A stretch of 64,000 bases of DNA. Source: Cystobasidiomycetes sp. EMM_F5. Its lineage: Eukaryota. Shown here one piece after another: positions 1 through 14,450 of this stretch (its first letter is position 1; every line of letters starts with the position of its first letter). The position numbers were made by a program, and so were the translations under genes. The stretch covers positions 1 through 64,000 of the forward strand of contig JBPGPT010000054.1 of the NCBI GenBank assembly GCA_051047955.1. Reading direction: 5' to 3'. The notes under the pieces were generated by a model. The model saw only the letters and a list, made by a program, of their open reading frames with translations. It made no database searches and was not told where the DNA came from.

Positions 1-1124
1 GAATCGTCATGGTTGACCATAATTGGACAGATGAGCGAAGTTTTCGCGCCGAAGATAGCATCAGAAGTGACGAATTCGTCCCCCTCCATATACAAGGCCG
101 TGGTAAGCGGCTCGTAACCTGACGCTGTGAGCATCATGTGAAGATGCGCGGGTCGAAAGACATGTCGATTCAAGGCGAAGCACAGCTTACCGACGGGACC
201 CTGCATACTCTGGATTAGCTAGTTCCTCAGTCACAATAAGACACCCACGTCATTCGGTACAGGGTAGTTTGTTGGCCTGACAAGGCGGAAGGCATAATTG
301 CCCGACGCGTCCGTGGTGAGTCGCCCTCTGCAATCGGCATGGCCTCCCGAGTATTGCTACAAAACAGCAGTGAGCCGCGACAATGTTTCCCTGGTACGAC
401 CAGCGTCATTACTGACCAGATCATAAAATCCGTCTGAGTCACCTTCCCAGGTATCGATAATACAGCCGGCGATGCCCTTGCCTTTCAGATCTAGGACTTT
501 GCCGGAAATGTACATGTACTCGCCCTTGCCATCGGACGCTATACTTTCTCCCATCTCGATGTTTTGCGCTTCCTCAGCAAAGAATGGGCCTAAGACTGAC
601 GACTCTGTCGCTGTGGATTTAGGATCTACAGGATGATTCATGGAATCAACCAAAGCCGATAGACCCAGAATGTCGGACAGCAGGATGAATTCATGCCGAG
701 TAGGCGAACTGATTTGGCCTGTTTTTGTCAGAAAATCCAGAGCTGTTGACCATTCTTCCGTAGTCAAGCTGACATCACGAGCGAAGTTGTGAAGAGCACG
801 GACGAGGTGCTCGAATATAAATTTCAGACGCGTACTTTCGCAGAGAGAGTTTATAGCGATCACGGATTCGGTTATATTCTCTGCTGTCACTGCATGAATG
901 TTTTTGCTGCATCAGTCTACACACTGCAACAATACCTTCGACAATGATCAAAAGGCGTACTATTGGTCAGATTCGGTAGCTTGCTGAGATCTATATTGGG
1001 AGCCTGTCAGAAAGCACCTTCAGTTCACAGCCCCTTGGCACGACCCCTCGCCCTACTCCTCGCTCCGAGAGTCATAGGCTCTCTGGCGTGCTTGTGTGCA
1101 CTTCACTCCTCGTCAGTTCACCAT
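1..1124 (-). CDS. Intradiol ring-cleavage dioxygenase (hydroxyquinol/catechol 1,2-dioxygenase family); 3' end runs off the window
   Basis: Spliced product reads APNIDLSKLPNLTN-MTAENITESV...EFILLSDILGLSALVD...SSVLGPF...DGFYDL/QY...RPTNYPVPND/GPVG...RPAHLH, containing the Tyr/Tyr/His/His Fe(III) ligands. The start is uncertain; the best candidate is ATG|GTGAAC at 1124. Confidence 0.9.
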
Positions 1125-1168
1125 CTAGGATCTTTGAGTAAGCTGACTGATTTGGTCTGATCCTCCAG

Positions 1169-1614
1169 GGCGCAGCAGCGAGTATGGCACACTCGTTAAA
1201 CGCTTCCAACGTCAACGGATACACCAAGCGAGTCACTGCGTCGTGCATATTCTCTATAGGCTATAGCATAGCAAATATCGTCCCAGCCCTGCTATTTGAT
1301 ACTGTAAGACGGATCTATCTTCTATCAAACAGCATAACGCTGACGCTTCTTTCCCTTGCAGGACTAGCAAGTTTGAACCAAATCACCCTTTGTCGACTAT
1401 GCTGACTCTTCATCTGTACAGCGCTCCTGCATATCATGAAGGCTTTGGCTCTACCATTGCCATGGCAGGCGTTGGCATCATTACAGCTCAGCTGCTGCGC
1501 GTCTATCTCCGCCGCCGCAACCAGCAGCGCGACAAGCTCGGCGAGACGGACACGAGCCACGGCTTTGAGGATGTGACCGACTTGAAGAATCTAGGAATGC
1601 GGTATCAGCTATGA
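1169..1614 (+). pseudogene. C-terminal fragment (last two TM helices and tail) of a DAL5/allantoate-permease-type MFS transporter
   Basis: SNVNGYTKR, APAY..G and RRRNQQRD...FEDVTDLKNLGMRYQL are DAL5-family C-terminal motifs. Introns 1304-1361 and 1367-1421 flank a 5-nt exon. There is no room for the other ~10 TMs before the antisense dioxygenase. Confidence 0.7.
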
Positions 1615-1914
1615 GGAGGCGGTAGTTGACTAGAGGTGGATTGGGCAGTGGAGACTGGAAATGACACTAATGACGGCCACGACGTGTATGTCTGGTTATG
1701 CTTTACGCCTCAATATGATGGTTGCGAGGGAGCGAGACTGCGGATTGGAGAGAAGTTCTTCACATTGCTCGCGGCATTCAGACCATGCTGCTGCTTGTAG
1801 CAATCTACATATTCGGATATTGTCTTTGCCACATCAACATGTCCAAAATTTGGAGTCTTCAAATTTCCAAAGTCTTGAACAAACCAATGACCAGCATATG
1901 AAAAGCTGAAAAGC

Positions 1915-4900
1915 ATGGGCGGCTCGCAGTTGACGCAGCTCAAGTCTGCGCTCGACGGCGCTGGGCTGTCGCGGAGCTCGCAGTCCAAAGGAAAGAAAGG
2001 CCGTCATGGTCAAGGAGCTGGGAGCAAGACGAGGTCTGGCGGTGGGAAGGATCCTGAAGCGAGACAGAGGAAGCTGAATGTGGGTATATTACCTTGAAGA
2101 GGCTGCTGGCAGGCTGATGGAGGCTCTTGTCCGCACGTCTGGCTCGTTTCTGATAAATTCACAACATTCTCCAGGCCATAACTGACTCGCTAAACAAGTT
2201 TGATGTAAAGACGACAAACACAAAGCATCAGATACTAGGCGCAAAGCCAGCGAGAGTCTCAACGGGGCGGCCGGGCTTGTCAAAACAGGTCGGTATTGAA
2301 AATGTGGGCAGTTGCGTCAATATGCACATTGTACTACATTAACGAAGCGACCGTATCTGCAGCGCAAGAGGACTCTGCTGCCGGAATGGCTGGACCGGAA
2401 CAGAACAGGAGCCATCGTCGACAAGCGGTTTGGTGAAAATGATCCTACTATGACACCGGAGGATAGGGCAATTCAGCGATTCACATTGGAACGGCAACGC
2501 CGAGCGGCAAAGTCTTCCTTGTTTGACCTGAATGACGATGACGAAGGAGATGGAAGCACAACCCTCACTCACTACGGTCAATCGCTCGGAGACGTCAGGC
2601 AGCCATTGCAGGATCAAGAAGACTTCTTCAAGCGTAGCAAGACAGTCGATGAAGGCGCAACAGCTCTGCCGCCAAAAAAGAGGACAAAGGCAGAGATTAT
2701 GCAGGAGGTTATGGCAAAGAGCAAAGCGTACAAGGTGTGTTCGAGTATTTACTGTGCAAAGTAACATACTAATCTAGCAACACAGTTCGAAAGGCAGAGA
2801 GTGCACGCAGAAGATGACGAGATACGACATGCCCTCGACGAAGATCTGTCTTCTATCCGTGATCTCCTCGGCGCATCCAATCGTAGATCCGAACCCGAAA
2901 GAGCGGAGAAGCTGCCTGTTACGATAGCTCCAACTCGCCGTCCAGCCGCTTCTGCTGCACAAGATACGACAGATGAGCCGATAGCAAGTACCAGTACCGC
3001 AAAGTTGACCTTCATTCCCGCAAGGCAGGACGATTCTGCTACATCTAGCATAGATCGAGCCATTCTGGCCAAATTGATCGGGGGAGATTCAGAGGATGAC
3101 GAGGATAAGCAGCCGTTGGACGACGATATCGACGCGATTGTTGATGACGATGATGACGTTCTTGCCAGTTTAGCAAAAGTCGAAAAACGTTCATCTCGTC
3201 GGCGCGGCGATCCCGAGATTGACAACATGGAGCCGTCAGATGATCCGTACGACCGCTTCGTACGAGAACTTGCCTTCGAACAGCGTGCTCGACCTTCCGA
3301 CAGGCTCAAGACCGAAGTCGAGATTGCTAGAGAGGCTGCAGCCGCGCTCGAGCGAAGTGAACAACTACGGCTGAAGCGTATGCGAGGTGAGGAAGATGCA
3401 GTGAGTGATGAAGAGGATGCAAAGAGTCGCGGAAAGAAGCGGAACAAGGGCAAACAACGAGCGCCGGAAGGTGACGATCTGGGTGACGATTTTGATGATG
3501 GACAAAACGGGGCAATAATGTACAGCTTGGGCCAAGGTTTGGCAGTACGCTCTTCAGACTCGAAGTCTGATCCTGAGGATGAGCAGGGTGAAGGCGTCGA
3601 AGGCGAAGATGGTGTAGCAAACGATAGCGAGGTGGACCATGAAGATGAGGAGGACGAAGATGCAGATGACGACCAAGATGACGACCAAGATGACGACCAA
3701 GATGACGACGAAGATGAAGATGAAGCAGACGACGCAAGTGATGCGGAAGAGACGGCTATGCTTGCCGACTTGCTTCATGGCCGAGATCAGGATCATCTAT
3801 CAGATGATTCGGAGGACGAAGACATCGGCCGAACGACAGCTTCAATGTACAAGGACAGCCTACGCGGTGCCCTGGTCTCTCGGAGGAACACGCCGAAAGC
3901 TATGCGCAAGGAAATTCCGTATACCTTTCCGTGTCCCACCTCTCACGATGAGCTGCTTACACTCTTGGATGGCTTGCAAGCGAGTGATGTCCCGCTCGTT
4001 GTAGAACGCATCCGTACTCTATATCATCCTTCCTTAGCCGACGGCAACAAGCAAAAGTTAGCTGTAAGTCCCTGAAGAATCTATTGTGGAGGTGTGAAAG
4101 CTAGCGTCTGATCCAAACTCCGTCATGCGACAGGTATTTACGACAGTCCTTCTTGAGCATATCATATATGCAGGTTCTGTCGAAGACGGATCATTTGCGT
4201 CGATTAACAGTCTCTTGCCTCACGTCTTCGACCTTGTCCCCTCATTCCCTCTGAGCAGCGCCACTTTCTTTGTGCGCAAGCTCGCGTTAATGCAGAAGAA
4301 CCTCGCAAGAGGGCTCGCGGCCGGGTCTCTTACCGCCACTTCCAAGACTTGGCCTGGTATGGGCGAGATTACTCTGTTGCGCCTCATTGGCATCATCTGG
4401 AGTACCTCAGATCTATCACACCCTGTCGCAGCGCCGGCTTTGCTGCTCATATCGCAATATCTTGGCCAGTGTCGCGTCCGCTCGCTTGCAGACCTGGCTA
4501 AAGGCAGCTTCCTGGTGACTCTGACCATGCAGTACGAGCAATTATCGAAGCGTCTCGTGCCAGAAGCACTCAACTTTATCATGCAAGGTCTTTTGCTTAT
4601 CCTGCCGAATTTATTAGACAACGAGGATTCCTCGATACCGGGCAATTTCCCGCTTCCTGATTTCCGTCGAGATGAATTGAAGCCGCTCAAATTGAATCCG
4701 ACCAAGGCAACAACACAGGCCGAAGCATTAGATTTAACTCTTCCTGCTGCACTGTCATGCAGCGATAATGACGAGCACACGAAAGTTGCTCTCACCAGCC
4801 TTCTGCTGGGTGCGCTAGGAGAGCTTGCTGGCTTCTACAATACCCTTCCGGCATTTATCGAACTCTTCCAGCCGACATTGGATGTTCTGGATTCCATCGA

Positions 4901-5427
4901 AACACAGCGGATTTCGTCGAGTTTACAGGTGCGCTGACGCGCTATTCTCGCAGTCATGGCAGTAGCTAAACAGTGGTATTCCGCAGAAAACGCTCTCTAC
5001 GACAGCAGACTCGGTTCGACGAATGCTCAAGCTATCGCGGTCTGCCCGACGCCCACTCACGCTCCAAGCGCACAAGCCGATCCCCATCAAGACTTACCTT
5101 CCCAAGTTTGAGGACGGGTATGCACCTGGACGTCACTTTGATCCAGACAGTGAGCGCAACGAGACACAGAAGCTGCAGGCGCTTGTGCGCAAGGAGCGCA
5201 AGGGAGCTATACGAGAGTTACGAAAGGATAATCGCTTCCTCGCTGGCGAAAAGGCTCGTTTGCAGCGCGAGAAGGATGACCAGTACCGCACCAAGATGAA
5301 CCGTGTCCGCGCGTCGATGGAGCTCGAAAGAGCGGATGAGAAGAGGTTTGAACGCACGAAAGCTGTGGAGACGAAGCGAGACAAGCAGAGGGCGGGCGGG
5401 GGCGGCGGCGGTAAGCGGAGGAAGTGA
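1915..5427 (+). CDS. NOP14: Nucleolar protein Nop14 (SSU processome)
   Basis: MGGSQLTQLK, DKRFGENDPTMT, LTHYGQSL, KKRTKAEIMQEVMAKSK, PSDRLKTE, RIRTLYHPSLADGNK, WSTSDLSHPV and ERKGAIRELRKD; multi-exon. Confidence 0.95.
3665..3709 (+). repeat. 12-bp coding tandem repeat (GATGACGACCAA)x3 plus a partial copy, encoding DDDQ in the NOP14 acidic linker
   Basis: Seen directly in the sequence. Confidence 0.9.
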
Positions 5428-5726
5428 GGGGTCGTTATTATCAGTTTAGCGTTGTTCACTGTCGTTGTGGAAGCCTTTGCATTGAGCTTGCACCTCGTCC
5501 ATCGATCAGGATTAGCTGACGGTGATGAGGTTTTCAGACAAGACGCTCCTGCGTTGACGATGAGGATGCCTGGACGGTCGCACTTGCTGGCGTAGACTGA
5601 CAATGGCCAGCTGGCTTGACGGCGTCATCCAATATCAAGACTGGGCTGATCCCATAACCCGCTGCTGAGGATATCGCAATATTACTCCTCCAATCCTCAA
5701 TCTCCAATCTCTCTCAAGTGCCCGCA

Positions 5727-8700
5727 ATGTCGTCCAGCGTCCGCGTAGCCGTCAGATGTCGGCCCTTGAATGCCCGCGAGATTGCTCGGGGCGCAAAGGG
5801 TCTCGTCGAGATGCACGGCAACCAGACTATTCTCCGCAGCCCAGACGGCGCTGACGGCGACGCGGCATACGCAAAGTCGTCTTCAAGGGTTCCGCATACC
5901 TTTACATTCGACCATTCCTACTGGTCGGCAGGGGCCAAAGACGAGCCAAACTATGCATCCCAAGCAACCCTCTTTGACGACTTGGGAAGGCAACTCCTCG
6001 AGCACTCGTTTGAAGGCTACAATGTGCGTGGTTGATTGCGGATACTCTGCACTCTCATTGACGATTGTGTTTATTAGACTTGCATTTTCGCATGTGTGTT
6101 TGACAAGACCCGAGTGAAGTATCCATACGGCTGACCAGAGCTGCCTGTCATCCCTCAGATGGCCAGACGGGAAGCGGAAAGAGCTACAGTATGATGGGCT
6201 ATGGCGCAGATCGAGGCCTTATCCCGTTGACGTGCAGCGGACTATTCGACGTGTGTATTGTAACCGACGGCCCATGTGACATTGACTTGCAACTTACTAC
6301 TGAAATGCCCTTAGCGTATCACTTCTGCGTCGTCAGACACTCTGTCCTTTCATGTCGAAGTCTCGTTCATCGAGATTTACAACGAGCGAGTCAGGTCTGT
6401 TCTAGCCGTGGTCCCACATGTGCATGATAGTTCGCTAACGCTTGTCGATTGATGAAGAGACCTACTCAATCCACGAAATAAGGGCAATCTCAAGGTCCGG
6501 GAACATCCAAGTCTGGGCCGTGAGTGCGATTGGCGCAAAGACTCGACTCCTGGGACTGATCAAACATTCAGCCTATGTGGAGGATCTCTCCAAACTTGCT
6601 GTCGAGAGCTTTGCAGAGATGGAGAAGCTGATGGATGAAGGAAACAAAGTATGTCGCTCTATACATGTTTCATCCCCTATGCTAATGATGGCGTAACCTA
6701 GGCAAGAACCGTTGCATCGTAAGAATGAATATCAGCCTGTATTGACACTACGAGCTAAAGTATGGACGTGCAGAACCCAGATGAACGAAACATCGTCACG
6801 CAGCCATTCCGTCTTCACAGTGCTGCTCACGCAGCGAAAGATTGACATTGCGACAAAGATGGTAGGAGAAAAGGTCTCGCGTATCAGGTCTGTCTCGAAA
6901 CACTGCTCCTGCTGCTGAGTCACTGATACAAGTTGAGCAGTCTGGTGGACCTTGCTGGATCTGAGCGTGCCAATTCCACTGGTGCTACTGGTCAACGGCT
7001 GAAGGAAGGTGCTAACATCAACAAATCTCTAACAACTCTCGGTAAAGTCATATCGGCCTTGGCCGCTCAGAGTGCGGCACCGAAAGGCAAAAAGAAAGCT
7101 ACTAGTGCTGAATTTGTGCCATACCGCGATTCTGTCCTCACTTGGCTACTAAAGGACTCGCTTGGAGGTAATTCGCGTACTTTCATGATTGCTGCCATAT
7201 CGCCCGCGGATTACGAAGAGACTCTAAGTACTCTACGATACGCTGATCAGGCCAAGAAAATACAAAACAAGGCAGTCGTCAATGAAGATGCCAACGCCAA
7301 GCTGGTCAGGGAGCTCAAAGAAGAGCTTGCTCTACTTCGTGCTCGTGTTGCGGGCACATCTGGCGAGTCGGTGTACGACTCGAGTATCCCAGCCGAACAA
7401 CAGATCGTTCGCTATCAGACCAAGTCGGGCGAGATCAAAAGCGTGACAAAAGCAGAGCTGCAGGAGCAGCTAGAGCAATCGGAAAAGCTAATGGCCGACG
7501 TCAACCAAACTTGGGAGCAGAAGATGGAGAAGACAATCATCATACACAAAGAGCGGGAACAAGCATTGGAGGAACTCGGAATAACCATCGAAAGAGGCAA
7601 CGTCGGCATTCATACGCCCAAGAAGATGCCTCATCTGGTCAACCTGAGCGAAGACCCCCTCGCTTCTGAATGCTTATTGTACCAAATTCGACCAGGTCGA
7701 ACGACAGTCGGAAACATTGATACGGCTGACTCGCTCGACATTCGTCTCAGCGGCTCGAAAGTACTTCCATTACATTGTTTCTTCGAGAACACAGGCGACG
7801 GCAACGTCGAGCTTCACGCGCTTCCGGGAGGAACTACGATGGTCAACGGTTTACGTGTGAACAGTAGCAAGCCGAAGCAGCTCAAATCGGGCTACCGCCT
7901 TATTGTAGGAGATCAGCACTTCTTCCGCTTTAACAATCCTGAAGAGGTCCGCAAGGCTCGAGGTAGTACTCCGGGTACGTCTGGCTTGTCGCAGAGTATG
8001 AGCATGGAAGGTCTGGAAGACAAGGCAGCTCAGCTCATCGATGATGACGAAGACCCTCCTAAGCGCTTTGATACGCCAGAACAGAGACCTGTCAGTCCGA
8101 CCGCATCGGCCGTAGATTGGAACTACGCTCGCAGAGAGGCGGTTCTAGCAAAGCTGCATGGGCAGGAAGTTGATCTGGACCATTTGGATGACCGCGAGCT
8201 GGATACTCTGTTGTGAGGCAATCTTATCATTACGATGGTGGTACACCCATGCTAATAGCAGCTGTTTACCGCGTCAGCTCTGATCTGATGAAGGTCCGGT
8301 CTCATCGGCGCCAGGCTACTGGTACCGGCAGCGGTCGCCCAGAGTCGCGCGCCAGCTTTATGGACAGTATCGACGAATACGATGCCGATCAGACTTCGGC
8401 ATCCGCGTTCGGAGACGTGGTCCGCGAAGAAAGCTCAAGTACTGATGAGACGAGTTTAGGCATGCTGTCAAACACGACCAGTATGAGTGCTCTTGCTGAG
8501 CTGCAGCTGCGTGAGACGAAAGAAGAGCTGCAAAGGGAGATGGATACACAACGCGAGGAGTACGAGGTTAAGCTGAAGTCGCTGGCAGAATCTGTTATTG
8601 CCATCGAAACAACTCGTGCGGAGAAAGCGAAGATGGAAGAGCAGCTTGTGACAATGCAAGAACAGATGCAGCAGGAGCTTGCGAGGCAAAAAACTGAATA

Positions 8701-11377
8701 TGAACACCGTATGGCACAAGTCGCTAGCAAGGCAAAGGGTCGCAAGATCCGAAGAGACGTGAACGGTCTCGATGATGACGAGGTGGATCTTGCACACAGT
8801 GTCATCAAGAAGTGGCGAAAACTTCAAAGAATCAACATGGCACAATTCGTCCTCGCAAAAGCTGTGGAACTCAAAAAGGCAAATGTTGTCAGCCGTGAAA
8901 TGAGCAAAGGCGTCACTTATCAGTTCTGCGTCCTCGACTGCACAGCACCTCCGATCTCATCGCATGAAGGTTTCTCTGGTGCAGTGTACGATTTGGGAGA
9001 TACTGCCGGGGAAGCTGGGAAGCATTCCGACAGCGACCTCCCTCGCATTGGCATAAAGGTGATTGATCGCAAAAACACATGCATATACACTTGGACATAC
9101 CATCGCTTCGAGCAAAGTTTGCAGCAAATGTATAGAATTCTGAGCCTACTGGACAAACCTTCGTATTCTCAGCATTTCAATCTTGAAGATCCTTTCTATC
9201 AATCTTCGCCGCCCTCTTGGACCTCCATCGGGACTGCGACAATACCGCTCGGCCCTCTCAGCAAAAAAATACAACTGCTGACGAATGTGCGGATCTACTC
9301 GCATTACGATTCTCAACAACTCGGTACTTGCTGCGTGCGATTTAAGCCACTAGCCGTCGCCAAATCTGACAGGGATTTCAGCCCGTCATTGGCTAACCCG
9401 CTGCTTGAAGGGAGTCAATACTCGTTTGAGATACAGGTAGATAGCGTGAGTGGACTGGACGGTGCCGATTTCTCGTCTATTCATTGTCAAATACATCGGT
9501 CGCAATTGATACCGGGCAATGACACTGTCGACGAGGTCTATACCTCGCCTGTCGCAGATCTGGATAGTACTGGAACAACTCGCATGCGACTACGCAAGAC
9601 GCTTTGTATCGCTATGTCAGAGGCTGTCTTCAAACGTATGGCCACGGGATACGCAACTATCGAATTCTTCGCAAAATGCAAGCCCGCCTATCTGATCAAG
9701 TGTGAAAAGTGGGACGCTACCAAGGAGGAGAAGGCACCCATTCGACCGGGACACATGAATCGAGCGGACAGCGATCTGAAAAGCAATACAACCGGTCGCC
9801 GCGCAGAGACCGAAATGCTCACGGAACATGTCAATGACGTAAAAGCAATGCTCTCTATACAAGAATTATCCTCGAGCGGCGCCTATGATTCTGTGCCGCT
9901 GACAATGTCAAGTCCGCTTGATCCTGGGGTTTTCAATTGCCGCCAAGGTCTGCAAAGACGGATCAAAATCGTACTTTCGCACGCATGTGGAAAGCAATGG
10001 CAATGGAAAACGGTCAAAGATGTCAAGATCGGTAATGTACGCCTACTTGATCCCCGCGGACACGTTCTAGACTCTCGAAATACTGTAATGGTACCGCTAC
10101 CCTCCTTGGCCAAGCGATCCAAGATAGATTTTACCGCCAACGGAACGACCTCGTTGACCTTCCTAGCCGCTTGGGATAGTTCAGCTCACAATTCCCTTTT
10201 CTTGGACAAACTGACAGCCACCGGACACCGCGTCTTGCTAGAAATGAGTTGGGATCTTGACACTGCCGAATGTTCAGAAGCTATCCATTTTTCCGTAGAT
10301 ATAGGCCTCTCCATGCAAGACAGAGAAGCCAGGAGGGGTACAAGATTGTTCAGATTCTTTACCTCGGAAAAGACATCAAGTCAGGCTGTACAACTGTTCA
10401 AGGTAACCCTCAAACCGAAAGATGTCAACAAACCGCACGAGCTTTGGCGCCTGGACACATCGTAGGCTGCTCAAAATAGTAATGTTGCATATACTCATTG
10501 CTTCCGTTCTAGGTCCACCTTTGTCCGAGGGCAAGAATTGCTGCTTGACTGGAAGCCTCGCGGTATTTCGCTCGTAGAGGATTTCTATGATCGCAGAAGA
10601 GTGGAGCTCGACCTGGCAGACGTCATGACCACAAAAGCTATTCTTGCCGTCATACACTCAACTCGACTGATCCCCGCAACCCTTGGTCAGCTTCCCGAAA
10701 CCCGCATGTGGCAAGCTTTGCAGCTATGGGAGAAGCGACTGGGGTACGCTAAGCAGGTAGATTCCCGTTACGATCAAGGTGTGCTGGGAGTGTCTTCTAA
10801 CGGACTTGAGCAGCGAGTCCAATTAACGCAAAATCCTGATTGGCACCACATCGAGCAAGCTGTCACAAGCCCGCGTCGCATAGATCAAAATGGAGCTCGT
10901 TTTCGGCGGATGATTGCGCAAGTTCAGCATGTTGCGAAAGGGTGAGCAGGCAATCGTCGTATTGTAACGTAAGGAAACCGTACCCTTCTGACGATGCGAG
11001 GCAGGGAGACCGTCGCGAAGCGTGGCTATCTATACATCATGCTCGATGACGGACAGGATGTATGGATGAAGGTCTGGGCGGTATTTCGCCGTCCGTACCT
11101 CACGCTGTTCCGACACTCCGACGAGATGGAGGAGTTGACAAACATTATCAATATTTCTACTGTGCGGGTAGACCACAGTCTGGAGCTAGAGCAAGTGCTC
11201 AATGTAAGTGAAAGCCGCCGTATCGCGCTCGCTGCGAGCTAACGAGAGGCATCCCAGCGGAGTCACGCGTTTGGCGTATACACCGGGGTCAGCGCCTTAT
11301 TCGTGGCGGCAGACACCTTTCCGATCATGCTAGAATGGGCTCAGCTTATCGATCCCAGCTGGAGACGACACGAGTAG
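5727..11377 (+). CDS. Kinesin-3 (KIF1A/Unc-104-like): motor, FHA, coiled coil and PH domains
   Basis: [40 protein letters not shown], the PHLVNL..D FHA region, RQGLQRRI, and a C-terminal PH domain (KRGYL...[13 protein letters not shown]). Stop TAG at 11375-11377. Confidence 0.95.
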
Positions 11378-12069
11378 TACATGCGACTTCGCATACGCCA
11401 TTCCTCGCTTGGCTGTCTGACGTTTTCGAAAAATTTCAGCAGCTGACGATGACACGATTACGATAATTACGAAAAGCATGAGCAGTATCAGGGCAGTAGA
11501 GCAGGAAGCAGTACAGTTCAGTTGTTGGAGTTCAGTGCAGTCAGTTGCGAAGTCGCGGAGACAGGTGACGGAGATGTATGCAGTTGTCGTGTCCGTCAGT
11601 CATGTTGTGGAGAACCATTAGCTATGCAACGGAACAAGGGACAACGCCGATGGAATGAAGCGCTTCTCGAGTCAATAGACAAAGGAGGACGATGTTCGTG
11701 CAATTTGATTCATGACATTGAGGATAGGGAGCGAAGAGAAGGACTCATCTAGGGGCTTACACAACCGCGGCGTCAGACACCCAAGTACGCAGCTGGACGA
11801 GCAAAACATCCTGCGAGACGTTCTTCGACTGCCATCAACCGAAAGTTTCTAAAGACAAGCTCCAGCCGCTTATACATTCCAACAATGACCGACTCGTAAA
11901 GACTAAGATCGCGACAAGTCAGCAAGACAATATATCGAGACGCACACTCTGTAGTCCTCACAATTCTGTAAAGTTTGCAAATATACTGGTTTGCCGCTGC
12001 TTTTTTGTTGCAGACACTTCAGACACTTCGACAGCGTACCAGATCGGTGCCAAATACGTCGAGAGACGC

Positions 12070-14118
<2,049 letters not shown>

Positions 14119-14450
14119 TGCTGCGGTTGCTGTGCTGCTGTGTTGGTACTTGTTCTCGTTTAATCCTCAAGTTGGCGCACTCCCAGCCTGCGTCCTCGCC
14201 CTGCTCGCGGGAAGGGCGGTGCGGTCCAATCGGAAGGGCGGACAGGCACAAATGAGATCATGGCAAGGTAGTGTCAAAAGGCAGGCAAGTGAGGGTATCT
14301 GTATGCATACAGAGACTCGCACAACGACGCTCGTCATGCCCGTCCTTTTCTCGTCGAATTTGGACGAGATTTGCGAGGTGGAGGTGGTGCTGCGGAGAAG
14401 ATACCCGCAGACACCCATCCATCCGCCTTTTACCTCTGCTCTAGGCGCGC

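Noticed and set aside
2749..4004. Repetitive ORFs (GRHLGRHL, MTTKMTTK, VVILVVIL)
   Set aside because: Alternative-frame and antisense readings of the NOP14 acidic repeat.
11378..12069. Short ORFs and CAGT-rich sequence between kinesin and actin
   Set aside because: A convergent 3' UTR region with no coding or structured-RNA signature that I can support.
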